A stretch of DNA of 64,000 nucleotides, taken from NCBI RefSeq assembly GCF_024298765.1, contig NZ_CP101210.1; one strand, given 5' to 3'. The notes below the pieces were generated by a model. That model searched no databases. It saw only the letters and a program-made list of their open reading frames with translations, and was not told the origin of the DNA. Below, one piece after another: positions 1-11,462 of this stretch. Source of the DNA: Escherichia coli (GTDB lineage Bacteria > Pseudomonadota > Gammaproteobacteria > Enterobacterales > Enterobacteriaceae). Positions within the stretch are counted from its first letter, which is position 1, and every line of letters starts with the position of its first letter. The position numbers and the translations under genes were made by a program.

Positions 1-62
1 TCGCGCTGTGCGTCTTCAAGTGATGAGTGGTCGAGGGCCAGTTGCAGAAGTGGTCGGCTCAT
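1..62 (-). CDS. sgbH: 3-keto-L-gulonate-6-phosphate decarboxylase, N-terminal fragment (runs off window start)
   Basis: Reverse complement of nt 1-62 translates MSRPLLQLALDHSSLEDAQR; start codon overlaps lyxK stop (ATGA). Confidence 0.75.
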   Translation of the reverse strand, partial: MSRPLLQLALDHSSLEDAQR

Positions 63-1555
63 AATGTGTGCTCCTTGATGCGGGCGTGAAAGCCCTGAAG
101 TGCGGCAATGAGATGCTGATAACGTTGGTATTTTTGTTGGTAAAGCTGATGGGCGGTCATATCCGGCAGCAGGGTGCGTACCGGGTGCTGTAAATCACGT
201 TGGGCTTCGCTGAAATCGCGATAAACTCCGGTGCCGACGCGGGCGGCAAGTGCCGCACCAAAGCAGCCGGTTTCTTCCACCTGCGGCAGCTCGATACGCA
301 GACCGCTGACGTCCGCCAGCATTTGCATCCAGACATCGGAGTGCGCCGGACCGCCAGTGACGCGCAGGGTGTGCACATCAGTAAAACGTTCGCGCATCCG
401 GTTGAGATGGGTCATATGGCTGAACACCACGCCTTCATAAATGGCCTGCAACAGGTGTACGCGGGTGTGAATGGCCTGCATCCCGTAGAAACCGCTGGTC
501 ATCTCGAGTCCAGCGTTGCTGCCGTACAGGAACGGCAGGAAAAAGAGATCGCCCCCGGCCTTCGGCAAGCTGGCAACGGCCTGGTTGATCTCATCAAACG
601 AGATTTCTCCCCACTGTGTGGTAAACCATTCGAGATTGCCGGAAGAGGTGGGGCTTGCTTCATGAACGATAAATTGACCATCGTTAACGTAGCGACCATA
701 GACATACGGATGCGCTTCACCGTCACGTAAACCACGGGTTATGCCGCTGGTCACCGCCCAGGTGCCCATCACCGCATTGAGGGTAAATTCGTCTTCGATC
801 CCGGCGCAGAGTGCGGTGGAAACCACATCAAACAGGCCGCCGACAACGGGCGTACCCGCTTTCAGACCGGTCAGTGCGGCTGTCTGAGCGGTGATCTCCC
901 CGCAGATTTCGGCAGATCCGACAACAAGTGGCAGGGCGTGGTTGATTTCAGCGATTCCCAGCCAGTCGGTGAGGCACGGGTCATATTCCCCAAGACTCAT
1001 GTTGTAGAGATTGGACTCAGAAATATTGCTCTCTTCGCAACCTTTGACGCCGGTTAAACACCAGCGCAGGTAGTCGTGCGTCATCATCACGCAGCCAATT
1101 TGCGCGTAGCGTTCTGGTTCGTGCTCTTTCAGCCAGCGTAACAGCGACACCGGATGCCCGGTCCACAAGGTTTGTCGGGTCAGCGGGTAGAGTTTTTCCG
1201 GGATGCCATCTTCCTGCCAGCGACGAACGATTTCCATCGCCCGGCGATCCGAGGACAAAATGGCGTTACCGAGCGGCTTGTCGTTTTTATCCAGCAAAAA
1301 CAAGCCCTTTCCCTGTGCGGAGATGCCGATACCGACAATTTGTTCCCCGCTAACACCAGAATGAGTAAGCAGGGCGCGAATGACAGCCATGCAGCATTGC
1401 CACAGTTCTGCCATATCGCGCTCTGCCCAACCTGGCTGCGGGCTTAATGCGCACAGCGGCAGGCGCTGCACGCCTGCCTCCCGGCCTTCGCGGTCATACA
1501 GCCCGGCTTTCAGCCAGCTACCGCCACAATCTAACCCCAGCCAGTATTGCGTCAT
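59..1555 (-). CDS. lyxK: L-xylulose / 3-keto-L-gulonate kinase (FGGY family)
   Basis: 498-aa ORF with FGGY kinase N-terminus (LGLDCGGS); conserved position after yiaMNO. Confidence 0.9.
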   Translation of the reverse strand: MTQYWLGLDCGGSWLKAGLYDREGREAGVQRLPLCALSPQPGWAERDMAELWQCCMAVIRALLTHSGVSGEQIVGIGISAQGKGLFLLDKNDKPLGNAILSSDRRAMEIVRRWQEDGIPEKLYPLTRQTLWTGHPVSLLRWLKEHEPERYAQIGCVMMTHDYLRWCLTGVKGCEESNISESNLYNMSLGEYDPCLTDWLGIAEINHALPLVVGSAEICGEITAQTAALTGLKAGTPVVGGLFDVVSTALCAGIEDEFTLNAVMGTWAVTSGITRGLRDGEAHPYVYGRYVNDGQFIVHEASPTSSGNLEWFTTQWGEISFDEINQAVASLPKAGGDLFFLPFLYGSNAGLEMTSGFYGMQAIHTRVHLLQAIYEGVVFSHMTHLNRMRERFTDVHTLRVTGGPAHSDVWMQMLADVSGLRIELPQVEETGCFGAALAARVGTGVYRDFSEAQRDLQHPVRTLLPDMTAHQLYQQKYQRYQHLIAALQGFHARIKEHTL

Positions 1556-1558
1556 GGT

Positions 1559-2545
1559 TTATTGCACCTCATCCACGGCTTTCAGCAGCTCAGCGCCCTG
1601 CGGAACATCTTTAACAAACATGTCGCGGACCTGAGTACCCAGTGCGTCGCTAAAGGCTTTGCGGTCGAGATCGGTGATGACTTCCACGCCCGCTTCTTTC
1701 ATGCCGTCGATGATTTTTTGCTGATCTTCGGCAACCAGTTTGCGCTGGTAGTTACCCGCTTCCTGCGCAGATGAGATCAGCGCCTGCTGGAACTCTGGGG
1801 TTAAGCCGTCAAACTTCGCTTTGTTGATCACCACCAGAAGCGGGGAATAGGCGTGATGGGTCAGAGAAAGGTATTTCTGCACTTCGAAAAATTTTGCTGA
1901 CCAGACGACGTTGATAGGGTGTTCCTGAGCGTCGATAGTGCGGGTTTCCAGCCCGGTATAGACTTCGGCAAACGGCATCGGGATCGGGTTAGCGCCAAAG
2001 ACTTTGAATGCGGCGATATTCATCGGGCTATTGTTGGTGCGGATTTTCAGCCCTTTCAGGTCAGCAGGTGTTTTCACTGGCGCACGCGAGTTGGTGACAT
2101 CGCGCCAGCCGTTTTCCCAATAGGCCAGTACTTTCAGTCCTTTACCTTCAAGGGAGACTTTCAGGTCATCACCGACTTTGCCGTCGAGCGTTTTATGCGC
2201 GTGGGCGGTATCGCGGAACAGGAAAGGGACATCAAGCAGGTTCATCACAGGTGACAACCCGGCAAAGTTATTCGAGCCGGACATTTCCATATCGATGGTG
2301 CCGCCACGTACGCCGCTGATCATCGCCTGTGCGTTACCGAGAGTACTGTCCGGGAACAGTTTTAATTTCAGCTCGCCTTTGGTTCTCTCCTGCAATAAAT
2401 CATTGAATTTTTTCGCCGCAATATGTTGCGAGTCGGTTTGTGAGGTTTCATAACCGAAACGTAAAGATTGCGCCGCCAGTGAAGATGTACTAAATGCAGC
2501 CAGGCCAGCAATGAATAATGCGTAGGTTACAGAGCGTAATTTCAT
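1559..2545 (-). CDS. yiaO: TRAP transporter periplasmic solute-binding protein (2,3-diketo-L-gulonate)
   Basis: 328-aa ORF with signal peptide; DctP-like; adjacent to TRAP permease genes. Confidence 0.9.
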   Translation of the reverse strand: MKLRSVTYALFIAGLAAFSTSSLAAQSLRFGYETSQTDSQHIAAKKFNDLLQERTKGELKLKLFPDSTLGNAQAMISGVRGGTIDMEMSGSNNFAGLSPVMNLLDVPFLFRDTAHAHKTLDGKVGDDLKVSLEGKGLKVLAYWENGWRDVTNSRAPVKTPADLKGLKIRTNNSPMNIAAFKVFGANPIPMPFAEVYTGLETRTIDAQEHPINVVWSAKFFEVQKYLSLTHHAYSPLLVVINKAKFDGLTPEFQQALISSAQEAGNYQRKLVAEDQQKIIDGMKEAGVEVITDLDRKAFSDALGTQVRDMFVKDVPQGAELLKAVDEVQ

Positions 2546-2557
2546 AATATTTTCCTT

Positions 2558-3835
2558 TTAATTAATCCATTTCAAAGGGAGGATGATGAGATCGGGAATA
2601 AAAACAAATACGACTAATAATGAATATAAAACCAGGACGTAAGGGAAAACGCCTCTGACTGCATCATCGAATTTGAGTTTTGCCACCCCTGAAATAACGT
2701 TAAGCACATTACCGATAGGCGGTGTAATTAAGCCGATTGAGCAGTTAATGATAAACATGACACCGAAATAAATCGGATCGATTCCTGCCTCTTTAACTAA
2801 AGGCATTAATACCGGGGTAAGAATTAATACCGTCGGCGTTAAATCCATGACCATGCCGACAATCAGGATAGCCACCATAATGACGATAAACAGCAGACGC
2901 GGTGAATCGACCAGCGGTTGCAGTAAATCAGAAACCATCATCGGCAGTTCAGCAATGGTGATCAGCCAGGCGGAAACTTGTGCCGAGGCTACCAGAAACA
3001 TCACCACTGAGGTCGTTTTCGCTGCGCCAATGAGCACATGCCAAAGTGTGGCGAAGGTCATTTCACGGTAAATAACTGTGGCGACAAACAGCGCATAGAA
3101 AGCAGCAACGGCCCCGGCTTCGGTAGGGGTAAACAGACCGGAGCGAAACCCGCCAATAATGATGACTGGAAGAAACAGCGCCCAGATACCGGAGACAAAA
3201 GAGTGCCAGATTTCCTGCATCGTTGCTTTTTGCTGGCGGGGTAAATTAAGGCGACTGGCCTGCCACCACCAGGTAAGCATCAGCGTTGCGCCCATCATCA
3301 TGCCAGGGGCAATGCCCGCCATAAACAGCTTACTGATGGATAATCCGCTGGAAACGCCGAAAATAATAAACGGAATGGAAGGGGGAATAATTGGCGCGAT
3401 AATGCCGCCAGAGGCAATCAGCCCCGCAGCCCGGTTGACCGGGTAGTTAGCGCTGCGCATCATCGGCACTAATAGCGCGGCAACGGCGGCGGTATCAGCA
3501 ACAGCAGAACCAGAAAGGCTCGCCATAATCATAGCCGCCAGCACGCCGACGTAGCCCAACCCGCCAGGTTTATGCCCCACCAGTTTCATCGGCAGGTCAA
3601 CAATGCGTTTTGACAAGCCGCCCGCATTCATGATTTCACCCGCCAGCACAAAGAACGGAATCGCCAGCAGGGAGAAGCTGTCGGCTCCGTTCACCAGCGT
3701 TTGTGCCATGATCTGGACATCAAACATGTCCAGCCAGAACATTAACGCCGCTCCGCACAACAACAGTGCCCAGGCAATAGGCAAACCGATAGCAATACCA
3801 CCCAACAGACAGCCCAGAAAAATCAGCACAGCCAT
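2558..3835 (-). CDS. yiaN: TRAP transporter large permease subunit
   Basis: 425-aa highly hydrophobic ORF, DctM-like. Confidence 0.9.
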   Translation of the reverse strand: MAVLIFLGCLLGGIAIGLPIAWALLLCGAALMFWLDMFDVQIMAQTLVNGADSFSLLAIPFFVLAGEIMNAGGLSKRIVDLPMKLVGHKPGGLGYVGVLAAMIMASLSGSAVADTAAVAALLVPMMRSANYPVNRAAGLIASGGIIAPIIPPSIPFIIFGVSSGLSISKLFMAGIAPGMMMGATLMLTWWWQASRLNLPRQQKATMQEIWHSFVSGIWALFLPVIIIGGFRSGLFTPTEAGAVAAFYALFVATVIYREMTFATLWHVLIGAAKTTSVVMFLVASAQVSAWLITIAELPMMVSDLLQPLVDSPRLLFIVIMVAILIVGMVMDLTPTVLILTPVLMPLVKEAGIDPIYFGVMFIINCSIGLITPPIGNVLNVISGVAKLKFDDAVRGVFPYVLVLYSLLVVFVFIPDLIILPLKWIN

Positions 3836-3837
3836 GA

Positions 3838-4311
3838 TTAAGCTCCTTGCGGTGGCGACGTTAGAGAATTGCTACGCGTGATGAGTTGATATAAATGACG
3901 CAGTTCAAAGAATGCGATAACGAGGCTGGTGGGCAGACAAGCGGCATACATCAGGCCGATGGGCAAACCGAGGATCGGTGAATAATCGCTCCAGTCCTGA
4001 ATTGTTTTTAGCGTTGCGCCCCAGGCCAGTGCGCCACAAATAAATAAGATTAAGGAATGGGTAACCAGAGCGACTCGTCGCTGCCATGCGGGGGAGAGTT
4101 TCTCCACCAGAAAGGTGACCTGAACGTGGGCGTTATCCATAAAAGCCACAATCGCGCCAATAAATGTTAACCAGACAAATAAATAACGTGACAATTCATC
4201 TACAGATAAAATGCTTGTCTGAAAACCATATCTTAAAATAATGTTTATAAACACAATACAGGAAAGTACGGCGAGATTAATCGCCAGTATTGCTTCAAGT
4301 ATTTTTTTCAT
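3838..4311 (-). CDS. yiaM: TRAP transporter small permease subunit
   Basis: 157-aa hydrophobic ORF, DctQ-like, 2 nt upstream of yiaN. Confidence 0.88.
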
Positions 4312-4428
4312 AGCTATTCCTTGAGGCTATGTCTGTCATAATTCAAGTTGCATGTGCAGCAACCTAAATTATTAATATAGTTAGAGCAATAACATTACCC
4401 AGGCGTTCTGGCGTAGACGATTATTCGA

Positions 4429-4899
<471 letters not shown>

Positions 4900-4907
4900 T
4901 TATCTCC

Positions 4908-5906
4908 TTATAACGCTTGGATTTTTGCCCACACGCTGTCATCAACGGTAATACCGTTACGGCGGTTTTCGGCCAGCAGGGTAGTAAATTCGTGGCCGGG
5001 TAAGCGAATGGCCTGATTTTCGTCAGCGCGTTCAGCGGTGGTAACGTAATCCATGATGCGTTGCAGTTTGGCATCGCGGGTGGGGCCGTCGATAAGCTTA
5101 TCTACTTCAATGGCAATAAAAATTTGTGAAATGCCGTATTCGTCGCTGTTGTCCTGGGTGACTTCGGCAACCGATGCGCCGTCAGAAAGGAGAGTGGCGA
5201 TCATATCCAGCACAATCGACATGCCCGAACCTTTCCAGTAACCCATCGGCAAAATGCGGCGATTCTTCTCGATAACGCCAGGTTCTTTGGTCAAATTGCC
5301 CTCATCATCAAAGCCACCATCGACCGGGAGCTGACGGCCTGCCAGACGGTTAACTTCTAACATGCCGTAAGAGAACATCGACATCGACATATCGACCATG
5401 GTGATTGGGGTAGAAGGAATGGCGACGATCAGCGGGTTAGTGCCGATGCGACACTCTTTTGCGCCCCACGGCGGCATTACGGCGATGGAGTTGGTCCAGC
5501 AAATGCCAATATAGCCTTTTTCCGCCGCCTGCCAGCCGTAGCTGCCGCCGCGCATCCAGTGGTTGGCATTACGTAGTGCCACCAGACCAATACCGTGATC
5601 GGCAGCCAGTTCAATGGCGCGATCCATCATCTTTTTCGCTGTCAGGTTACCGATCGAACGCTGGGCGTCCCACTGTTCAATTGCGCCGAGGCTGGTTATA
5701 CGTTTGGGTTGGGCATCAGGAATGATATCGCCGTTTTCCAGTTGTTGAATGAAACGAGGGAAACGGTTGACGCCGTGAGAATAAACGCCGGATTCGGTGG
5801 TGCGGGCGAACATTTCGGCACAGGCATCAGCCGTTTCGCTGTCAACGTCGCGTGAAATTAAGACTCGATTAAAGGCTGCTTTTAACTGCTCAAATGTCAC
5901 TTTCAT
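4908..5906 (-). CDS. yiaK: 2,3-diketo-L-gulonate reductase (Ldh_2 family)
   Basis: 332-aa ORF, first gene of the yiaK-sgb operon. Confidence 0.9.
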   Translation of the reverse strand: MKVTFEQLKAAFNRVLISRDVDSETADACAEMFARTTESGVYSHGVNRFPRFIQQLENGDIIPDAQPKRITSLGAIEQWDAQRSIGNLTAKKMMDRAIELAADHGIGLVALRNANHWMRGGSYGWQAAEKGYIGICWTNSIAVMPPWGAKECRIGTNPLIVAIPSTPITMVDMSMSMFSYGMLEVNRLAGRQLPVDGGFDDEGNLTKEPGVIEKNRRILPMGYWKGSGMSIVLDMIATLLSDGASVAEVTQDNSDEYGISQIFIAIEVDKLIDGPTRDAKLQRIMDYVTTAERADENQAIRLPGHEFTTLLAENRRNGITVDDSVWAKIQAL

Positions 5907-6106
5907 CCCTGGCTTCCTTGTTTTTTTGATCGCTTTTTTGGCTTAAAATTTCAATATGCGAAATTTGATTTCAAATATATCGATCGCTTTTTAACAAAGC
6001 AATCTGATTGATGAATTTCAAAAAACTTAAAAATCAAGTGGTTATAAATTATCTGTCGAGATCGTGAACTACGACACACTTTGCGCTACCATCTTGACGC
6101 GACAAA
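5907..6106. promoter_or_regulatory. Divergent yiaK / yiaJ promoter region (AT-rich intergenic)
   Basis: 200-bp AT-rich spacer between divergent starts; expected YiaJ operator location. Confidence 0.45.
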
Positions 6107-6955
6107 ATGGGGAAAGAAGTGATGGGAAAAAAAGAGAACGAGATGGCGCAGGAAAAAGAGCGTCCAGCCGGAAGCCAGAGTCTGTTTCGCGGGTTGATGC
6201 TGATTGAGATTTTGAGCAACTATCCAAACGGTTGTCCGTTGGCGCATCTTTCGGAGCTGGCTGGTTTAAATAAGAGTACCGTCCATCGCTTATTGCAGGG
6301 ATTACAATCCTGCGGCTATGTGACCACCGCGCCCGCCGCAGGGAGTTATCGCCTGACCACCAAATTTATTGCCGTCGGGCAGAAGGCGCTGTCTTCGCTG
6401 AATATCATTCATATCGCCGCTCCGCATCTTGAGGCACTGAACATCGCCACTGGTGAAACTATTAACTTCTCCAGCCGCGAAGACGATCACGCTATTTTGA
6501 TTTATAAGCTGGAACCCACAACCGGGATGCTGCGAACCCGTGCCTATATTGGCCAGCATATGCCGCTCTACTGTTCCGCAATGGGCAAGATCTACATGGC
6601 GTTTGGCCACCCGGACTACGTGAAGTCATACTGGGAAAGCCATCAGCATGAGATCCAGCCGTTAACCCGCAATACCATTACCGAGCTGCCCGCGATGTTC
6701 GACGAACTGGCGCACATTCGTGAAAGCGGAGCGGCGATGGACAGAGAAGAAAACGAACTCGGCGTCTCCTGTATTGCTGTTCCGGTGTTTGATATTCATG
6801 GGCGGGTGCCGTACGCCGTGTCGATTTCGCTTTCGACATCACGTCTGAAACAGGTGGGGGAGAAAAATCTCCTGAAACCACTGCGTGAAACCGCGCAGGC
6901 TATTTCTAATGAACTGGGATTTACTGTCAGGGACGACCAGGGCGCGATCACATAA
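6107..6955 (+). CDS. yiaJ: IclR-family transcriptional repressor of the yiaK-S operon
   Basis: 282-aa ORF with N-terminal HTH and C-terminal IclR effector domain; exact start uncertain. Confidence 0.88.
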   Translation: MGKEVMGKKENEMAQEKERPAGSQSLFRGLMLIEILSNYPNGCPLAHLSELAGLNKSTVHRLLQGLQSCGYVTTAPAAGSYRLTTKFIAVGQKALSSLNIIHIAAPHLEALNIATGETINFSSREDDHAILIYKLEPTTGMLRTRAYIGQHMPLYCSAMGKIYMAFGHPDYVKSYWESHQHEIQPLTRNTITELPAMFDELAHIRESGAAMDREENELGVSCIAVPVFDIHGRVPYAVSISLSTSRLKQVGEKNLLKPLRETAQAISNELGFTVRDDQGAIT

Positions 6956-7050
6956 CGCTTTGGACAAGTGCCAAAACTTTAACATTTCCTTCGTTGGATC
7001 AAAGCAGTAGAGACGCGCTCTCTGGCACTCTGCTGTTTTAGTGCAAAGGA

Positions 7051-7530
7051 GTGATCATGAACCGGTTTATTATTGCGGATGCGACGAAATGTATCGGTTG
7101 CCGTACCTGTGAAGTGGCTTGCGCAGTGTCGCATCAGGAGAATCAGGATTGCGCTGCGTTGTCACCAGACGAGTTTATTTCCCGTATTCGTGTCATTAAA
7201 GACCACACATGGACCACGGCTGTAGCCTGCCATCAGTGTGAAGATGCACCGTGCGCGAATGTCTGCCCTGTTGACGCGATAAGCCGCGAACATGGGCATA
7301 TTTTCGTTGAACAATCACGTTGCATTGGCTGTAAAAGCTGTATGCTGGCTTGCCCGTTTGGTGCGATGGAGGTCGTTTCTTCGCGCAAAAAGGCGAGGGC
7401 GATTAAGTGCGATCTGTGCTGGCATCGGGCGACGGGACCGGCCTGTGTTGAAGCCTGCCCGACAAAGGCGTTGCAGTGCATGGATGTCGAGAAAGTGCAG
7501 CGACATCGGCTACGGCAGCAGCCTGTTTGA
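7051..7530 (+). CDS. ysaA: 4Fe-4S ferredoxin-type protein
   Basis: 159-aa ORF with repeated CxxCxxCxxxCP cysteine clusters. Confidence 0.85.
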   Translation: MIMNRFIIADATKCIGCRTCEVACAVSHQENQDCAALSPDEFISRIRVIKDHTWTTAVACHQCEDAPCANVCPVDAISREHGHIFVEQSRCIGCKSCMLACPFGAMEVVSSRKKARAIKCDLCWHRATGPACVEACPTKALQCMDVEKVQRHRLRQQPV

Positions 7531-7564
7531 AACGTTTTTCCGGCGTTTCTCAACGCAGGGATAG

Positions 7565-7680
7565 TGCGCTTTGTTTATGCCGGATGCGGCTAAAACGCCT
7601 TATCCGGCCTACAAATTCTACCAAATTCAATATATTGCAGAAATCATGTAGGCCTGATAAGCGTAGCGCATCAGGCAATT
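7565..7680. repeat. REP / BIME palindromic units
   Basis: gccggatgcggc...gccttatccggcctac and gtaggcctgataagcg...gcatcaggc motifs between convergent ysaA and avtA. Confidence 0.7.
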
Positions 7681-7681
7681 T

Positions 7682-8935
7682 TTAGTGACTTTCAGCCCAG
7701 GCTCTTTCTATCTCTTCTGCCAGAATCTTCACACCCGCCTCAATTTTCTCCGGCTCCGGCACGTAGTTCATGCGCATACATTGATGTGTATGTGGCCACG
7801 GTTTATCCAGCCCTGGGAAGAAGTTGTGCCCCGGCACCATCAGCACGCCGCGTGCTTTCAGGCGCTGATAGAGCTGCTCGGTCGTAATGGGCAAATCCTT
7901 AAACCATAGCCAGAGGAAAATGGCTCCTTCCGGTTTATGAATCAGGCAGCGATCTTCCGGTAAATAGCGGCGAATGATGGCGATAGTTTCCTGAACACGC
8001 TGGTAGTAAAACGGTTTGATGACTGTTTCAGACAGGCGCAGCAGATCGTTACGCTTAATCATTTCACACATCATCGCCGGACCAATACCGCCAGGTGCCA
8101 GGCTGATAATGCCGTTCATATTGGTGATGGCGGTGATGATTTTTTCATTGGCGATGATAATGCCGCAGCGGGAGCCAGGTAGACCCAGCTTGGAAAGACT
8201 CATGCACAGTACGATATTCGGATTCCACAGCGGGCGCGCTTCGCTGAAGATGATACCCGGGAACGGGACGCCATAAGCGTTATCAATCACCAGCGGAATG
8301 CCATGTTGATTCGCCAGCGCGTCAAGCTTCAGCAACTCTTCGTCAGTAATCACATTGCCTGTTGGATTCGTCGGCCGGGAGACGCAAATCATCCCGGTTT
8401 CTTCGCCAATATGCAGATGCTCAAAATCGACGTGGTATTTAAACTGGCCTTCCGGCAGCAGTTCAATATTCGGACGCGCAGAGACAAACAGATCTTCTTC
8501 CAGTCCGGCGTCAGCGTAGCCAATGTATTCCGGTGCCAGCGGAAACAGCACTTTTTTGACCCGACCATCGGCACGGCGTCCGGCGAAAAGATTAAATAAG
8601 TAGAAAAACGCGCTCTGGCTGCCGTTTGTTAGTGCAATATTCTGTGGTTCGATATCCCAACCCAACTTCTCGCGCAGCATTCCGGCAAGCAGTGTGAGTA
8701 GCTCCGTTTTCCCCTGTGGACCGTCGTAATTGCACAGTGCATCAGTCGCTTTGCCACTTTCCAGCATGTCGGTCAGTAGCGTCTGGAAGTAGTCCTGCAT
8801 TTCCGGGATCTGCGCCGGATTACCGCCGCCGAGCATAATCGCGCCGGGCGTGCGTAAACCGTCGTTCAGATCTTCCATCAGCAGCGTAATGCCGGAGTGG
8901 CGGGTAAATTTGTCACCAAAAAGGGAGAATGTCAT
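7682..8935 (-). CDS. avtA: Valine-pyruvate aminotransferase (transaminase C)
   Basis: ORF trimmed to conserved start MTFSLFGDKF (417 aa); aminotransferase class I fold. Confidence 0.9.
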   Translation of the reverse strand: MTFSLFGDKFTRHSGITLLMEDLNDGLRTPGAIMLGGGNPAQIPEMQDYFQTLLTDMLESGKATDALCNYDGPQGKTELLTLLAGMLREKLGWDIEPQNIALTNGSQSAFFYLFNLFAGRRADGRVKKVLFPLAPEYIGYADAGLEEDLFVSARPNIELLPEGQFKYHVDFEHLHIGEETGMICVSRPTNPTGNVITDEELLKLDALANQHGIPLVIDNAYGVPFPGIIFSEARPLWNPNIVLCMSLSKLGLPGSRCGIIIANEKIITAITNMNGIISLAPGGIGPAMMCEMIKRNDLLRLSETVIKPFYYQRVQETIAIIRRYLPEDRCLIHKPEGAIFLWLWFKDLPITTEQLYQRLKARGVLMVPGHNFFPGLDKPWPHTHQCMRMNYVPEPEKIEAGVKILAEEIERAWAESH

Positions 8936-9112
8936 AGCGGGATATCTGTCGAACTCTGTAGCAAGGAAGGTAACAATAACGCTACATTTGCTGGGGTGCA
9001 AATCGCTCTGTTGAAGAGGGAGCGGTGCTTTATCCTGCAACGCTGATTAGAGCTGACATTTTATCCTGGTTGGCGGCTTCCCGAGGTACTGACGAACGGG
9101 AAGCCGGAAAAG

Positions 9113-11143
9113 TCACTGTTGCCCAGCCCAGATGACCAGCACTTTATCGTCGCCATGCTCACGAACAAAGCCGTAGCCCTGCTTCAGTGAAAGTGTCGTT
9201 TGTTTGCCCTCGCCAATTGCGGGATGGCGGGCGCGGAACTGGCTGATTTTCTGCCAGTGCGCGACGCTGGCGGCAGATTTACCGCTAACATCCTGCCAGT
9301 TCATATCCGAACGCGTACCTTGCAGCGGATCCGAACCGGTGGGGCCGAACGGACGCGAGGATTCATCACCATAAAAGATTTGTACCGCGCCTGGCGCTAA
9401 TAATAATAACTCTGCTGCTTTGTCGCCTCCTTCACGGAACAGGCGGGTATCATGCGACGAGAGGTAGCTCAACACGTTGAAATCCTGCAATTTCTCCGCC
9501 ATTTGCTGCCAGGTCGTATCCATCTGCGCCAGACAATCGACTGCTTTAGCCGCCTGCTCCTGATAATCGAAATTGATCATCGCATCGAAGCCGTGGCGAT
9601 AGTAGTCACTTTGCATCACGCCGTGGCCCCAGGCTTCACCGGTCATCCAGAACGGTTTGTCATCTAATGTTTTGTCGGGGTTAGCTTTTTTCCATTCGCG
9701 AAGTGCGGCGCTGGCTTCGGTTTTCAGTTGCTGCCAGGCGGGCAACTCAACATGTTTGGCGGTGTCGACCCGAAAACCATCAATCCCATAGTCGCGAACC
9801 CACTGACTTAACCAGTGGGTTAAGTAATCGCGAGGGGTAAAACCGTCGATGACTTTAGCGTGGGTATCCGTTTTGTTTTTATAGAACACCGGCAGACCAG
9901 AAGCGGTCGTTGATTCGGTTTTGATATCCGGCAAAAAGGCCAGCGACATAGTGAGATCGTCGAATCCAGGATTGTCGTAATCGCCGATATCGGTTCTGAT
10001 CCAGTTTTTTCCCCACCATTTATCCCAGCCTGTTTTGTCGCTGAAATTAATGTAATCGTTAAAGCTATGCCAGGTTTGCCCGGCGGCAGGTTTCCAGTCG
10101 CTCCAGCGTTCACCCAACGTTTTTTTCACTTCGTCACCAGAAAGATATAACGCGCCAAACTGATACTCCTGCATATCCGCCAGTGTGGCATAGCCGGTGT
10201 GGTTCATCACGACATCAAAGAGAATACGAATACCGCGCTGATGCGCGCTATCAACCAGTGTCCGTAGAGCGGCTTCACTGCCCATATTGGCATCAAGATT
10301 CGTCCAGTCCTGTGTGTAATAACCGTGGTAGGCATAATGCGGGAAATCGCCTTTTGTACCGCCGCCGACCCAGCCGTGAATTTGCTCAAATGGGGCGCTT
10401 ATCCACAAAGCATTGACGCCCAGCTGCTGGAGGTAATCCAGTTTGTTGGTCAGGCCGCGTAAATCGCCGCCGTGAAAAGTGCCAATTTCTGCCATACCGT
10501 CTTTATGACGTCCGTAACTCTGGTCATTACTGGGATCGCCGTTTTCGAAACGATCTGTCAGCACAAAGTAAACCGTGGCGTTATGCCAGTCGAAAGGGGC
10601 AGGGGCGTCAGTTTCTGCCCGTTCCAGCAGGAGTAAACCGTTGCTGGTGGCAGCGGGTTGTAACGTTATTTGACCGTTCTTCACTATCGCAATTTGCTGG
10701 CTGTAATAATCCCGGACTGCGGCTCCCTCCGGAAAAGTGGCGCTGACATCCAGTGTGAGCGGTAATCCATCCCATTTCGGGCATTCACGGACCAGGCTTG
10801 CTACCGGTTCGACGGCGTTCTGGATGGAAATCATCAATGTTGGTGTACCGGAGCGGGTGTCTAGTTGCAGCGTATATTCGCCATCCCTGAACAATCGCCA
10901 TTGAGGTGGCGTGTTGCTACAAGGTTGCAGGGAAAGCATCTGATTGAGTTTTATCGCATCCGCAGGCTGCCAGCACTGTTGGTCAAAATTTAGCGTTAGT
11001 GGACGCGTACCTTTGGGCAACTGCGCGTGGCTGACAAATGTTCCCGTCCCCTGTTCGCTAAAGGCGGGAAACCCCGGAGAAGTCCAGCTGGCGGCAACGG
11101 CGAAGCCAGGAAGGAGTGTCAGAAAACAGGCGGCGAGTTTCAT
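9113..11143 (-). CDS. malS: Periplasmic alpha-amylase
   Basis: 676-aa ORF with signal peptide (MKLAACFLTLLPGFAVA) and GH13 motifs. Confidence 0.92.
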   Translation of the reverse strand: MKLAACFLTLLPGFAVAASWTSPGFPAFSEQGTGTFVSHAQLPKGTRPLTLNFDQQCWQPADAIKLNQMLSLQPCSNTPPQWRLFRDGEYTLQLDTRSGTPTLMISIQNAVEPVASLVRECPKWDGLPLTLDVSATFPEGAAVRDYYSQQIAIVKNGQITLQPAATSNGLLLLERAETDAPAPFDWHNATVYFVLTDRFENGDPSNDQSYGRHKDGMAEIGTFHGGDLRGLTNKLDYLQQLGVNALWISAPFEQIHGWVGGGTKGDFPHYAYHGYYTQDWTNLDANMGSEAALRTLVDSAHQRGIRILFDVVMNHTGYATLADMQEYQFGALYLSGDEVKKTLGERWSDWKPAAGQTWHSFNDYINFSDKTGWDKWWGKNWIRTDIGDYDNPGFDDLTMSLAFLPDIKTESTTASGLPVFYKNKTDTHAKVIDGFTPRDYLTHWLSQWVRDYGIDGFRVDTAKHVELPAWQQLKTEASAALREWKKANPDKTLDDKPFWMTGEAWGHGVMQSDYYRHGFDAMINFDYQEQAAKAVDCLAQMDTTWQQMAEKLQDFNVLSYLSSHDTRLFREGGDKAAELLLLAPGAVQIFYGDESSRPFGPTGSDPLQGTRSDMNWQDVSGKSAASVAHWQKISQFRARHPAIGEGKQTTLSLKQGYGFVREHGDDKVLVIWAGQQ

Positions 11144-11462
11144 GGCGGATGAGTCCTTATTGCTGCGATTTCAGACAGTTTGCCAGCGATAAGCCAGACA
11201 AAACTCATCCCTGAGCGGTAAGTCCACAGGATGAGAAGCAAGGGTGAGCGATCGCGCACAAAAAACGGCTGAATTTTGCGATAAACCCCACATTTTCTGC
11301 GATTTAGCGCCAATCTGAATCGTTAACTCGTGACATAGTTTCAGATTTGGACTATTCCTTGGGGTGCTCTTGACAGCTATTTTTGATATGATTTGAGATT
11401 CAACTCTCAAATTTGTGAAAAATATAAGGTGTTGGAATGATTAAATCCGACCAGGAGACCTG
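11144..11462. promoter_or_regulatory. Divergent malS / bax promoter region with MalT-box-like GGATGA
   Basis: GGATGA hexamer near 11228 upstream of malS; malS is MalT-dependent (established knowledge). Confidence 0.4.

Noticed and set aside
200-730. 176-aa plus-strand ORF and other short ORFs overlapping lyxK
   Set aside because: Antisense to the conserved FGGY kinase gene; no supporting signals.
7682-9040. Over-long ORF-track starts for avtA (452 aa), tag (266 aa), xylF (356 aa), yiaF (276 aa), eptB, yhjX, yhjV, bcsA and bcsB
   Set aside because: The ORF finder extends to the most upstream alternative start; each was trimmed to the internal Met that begins the conserved protein and has plausible spacing from the upstream gene.
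9068-9105. Hairpin just downstream of malS
   Set aside because: A stable stem is present (ggcttcccg...cgggaagcc) but has no T-run on either strand, so I could not support it as an intrinsic terminator.
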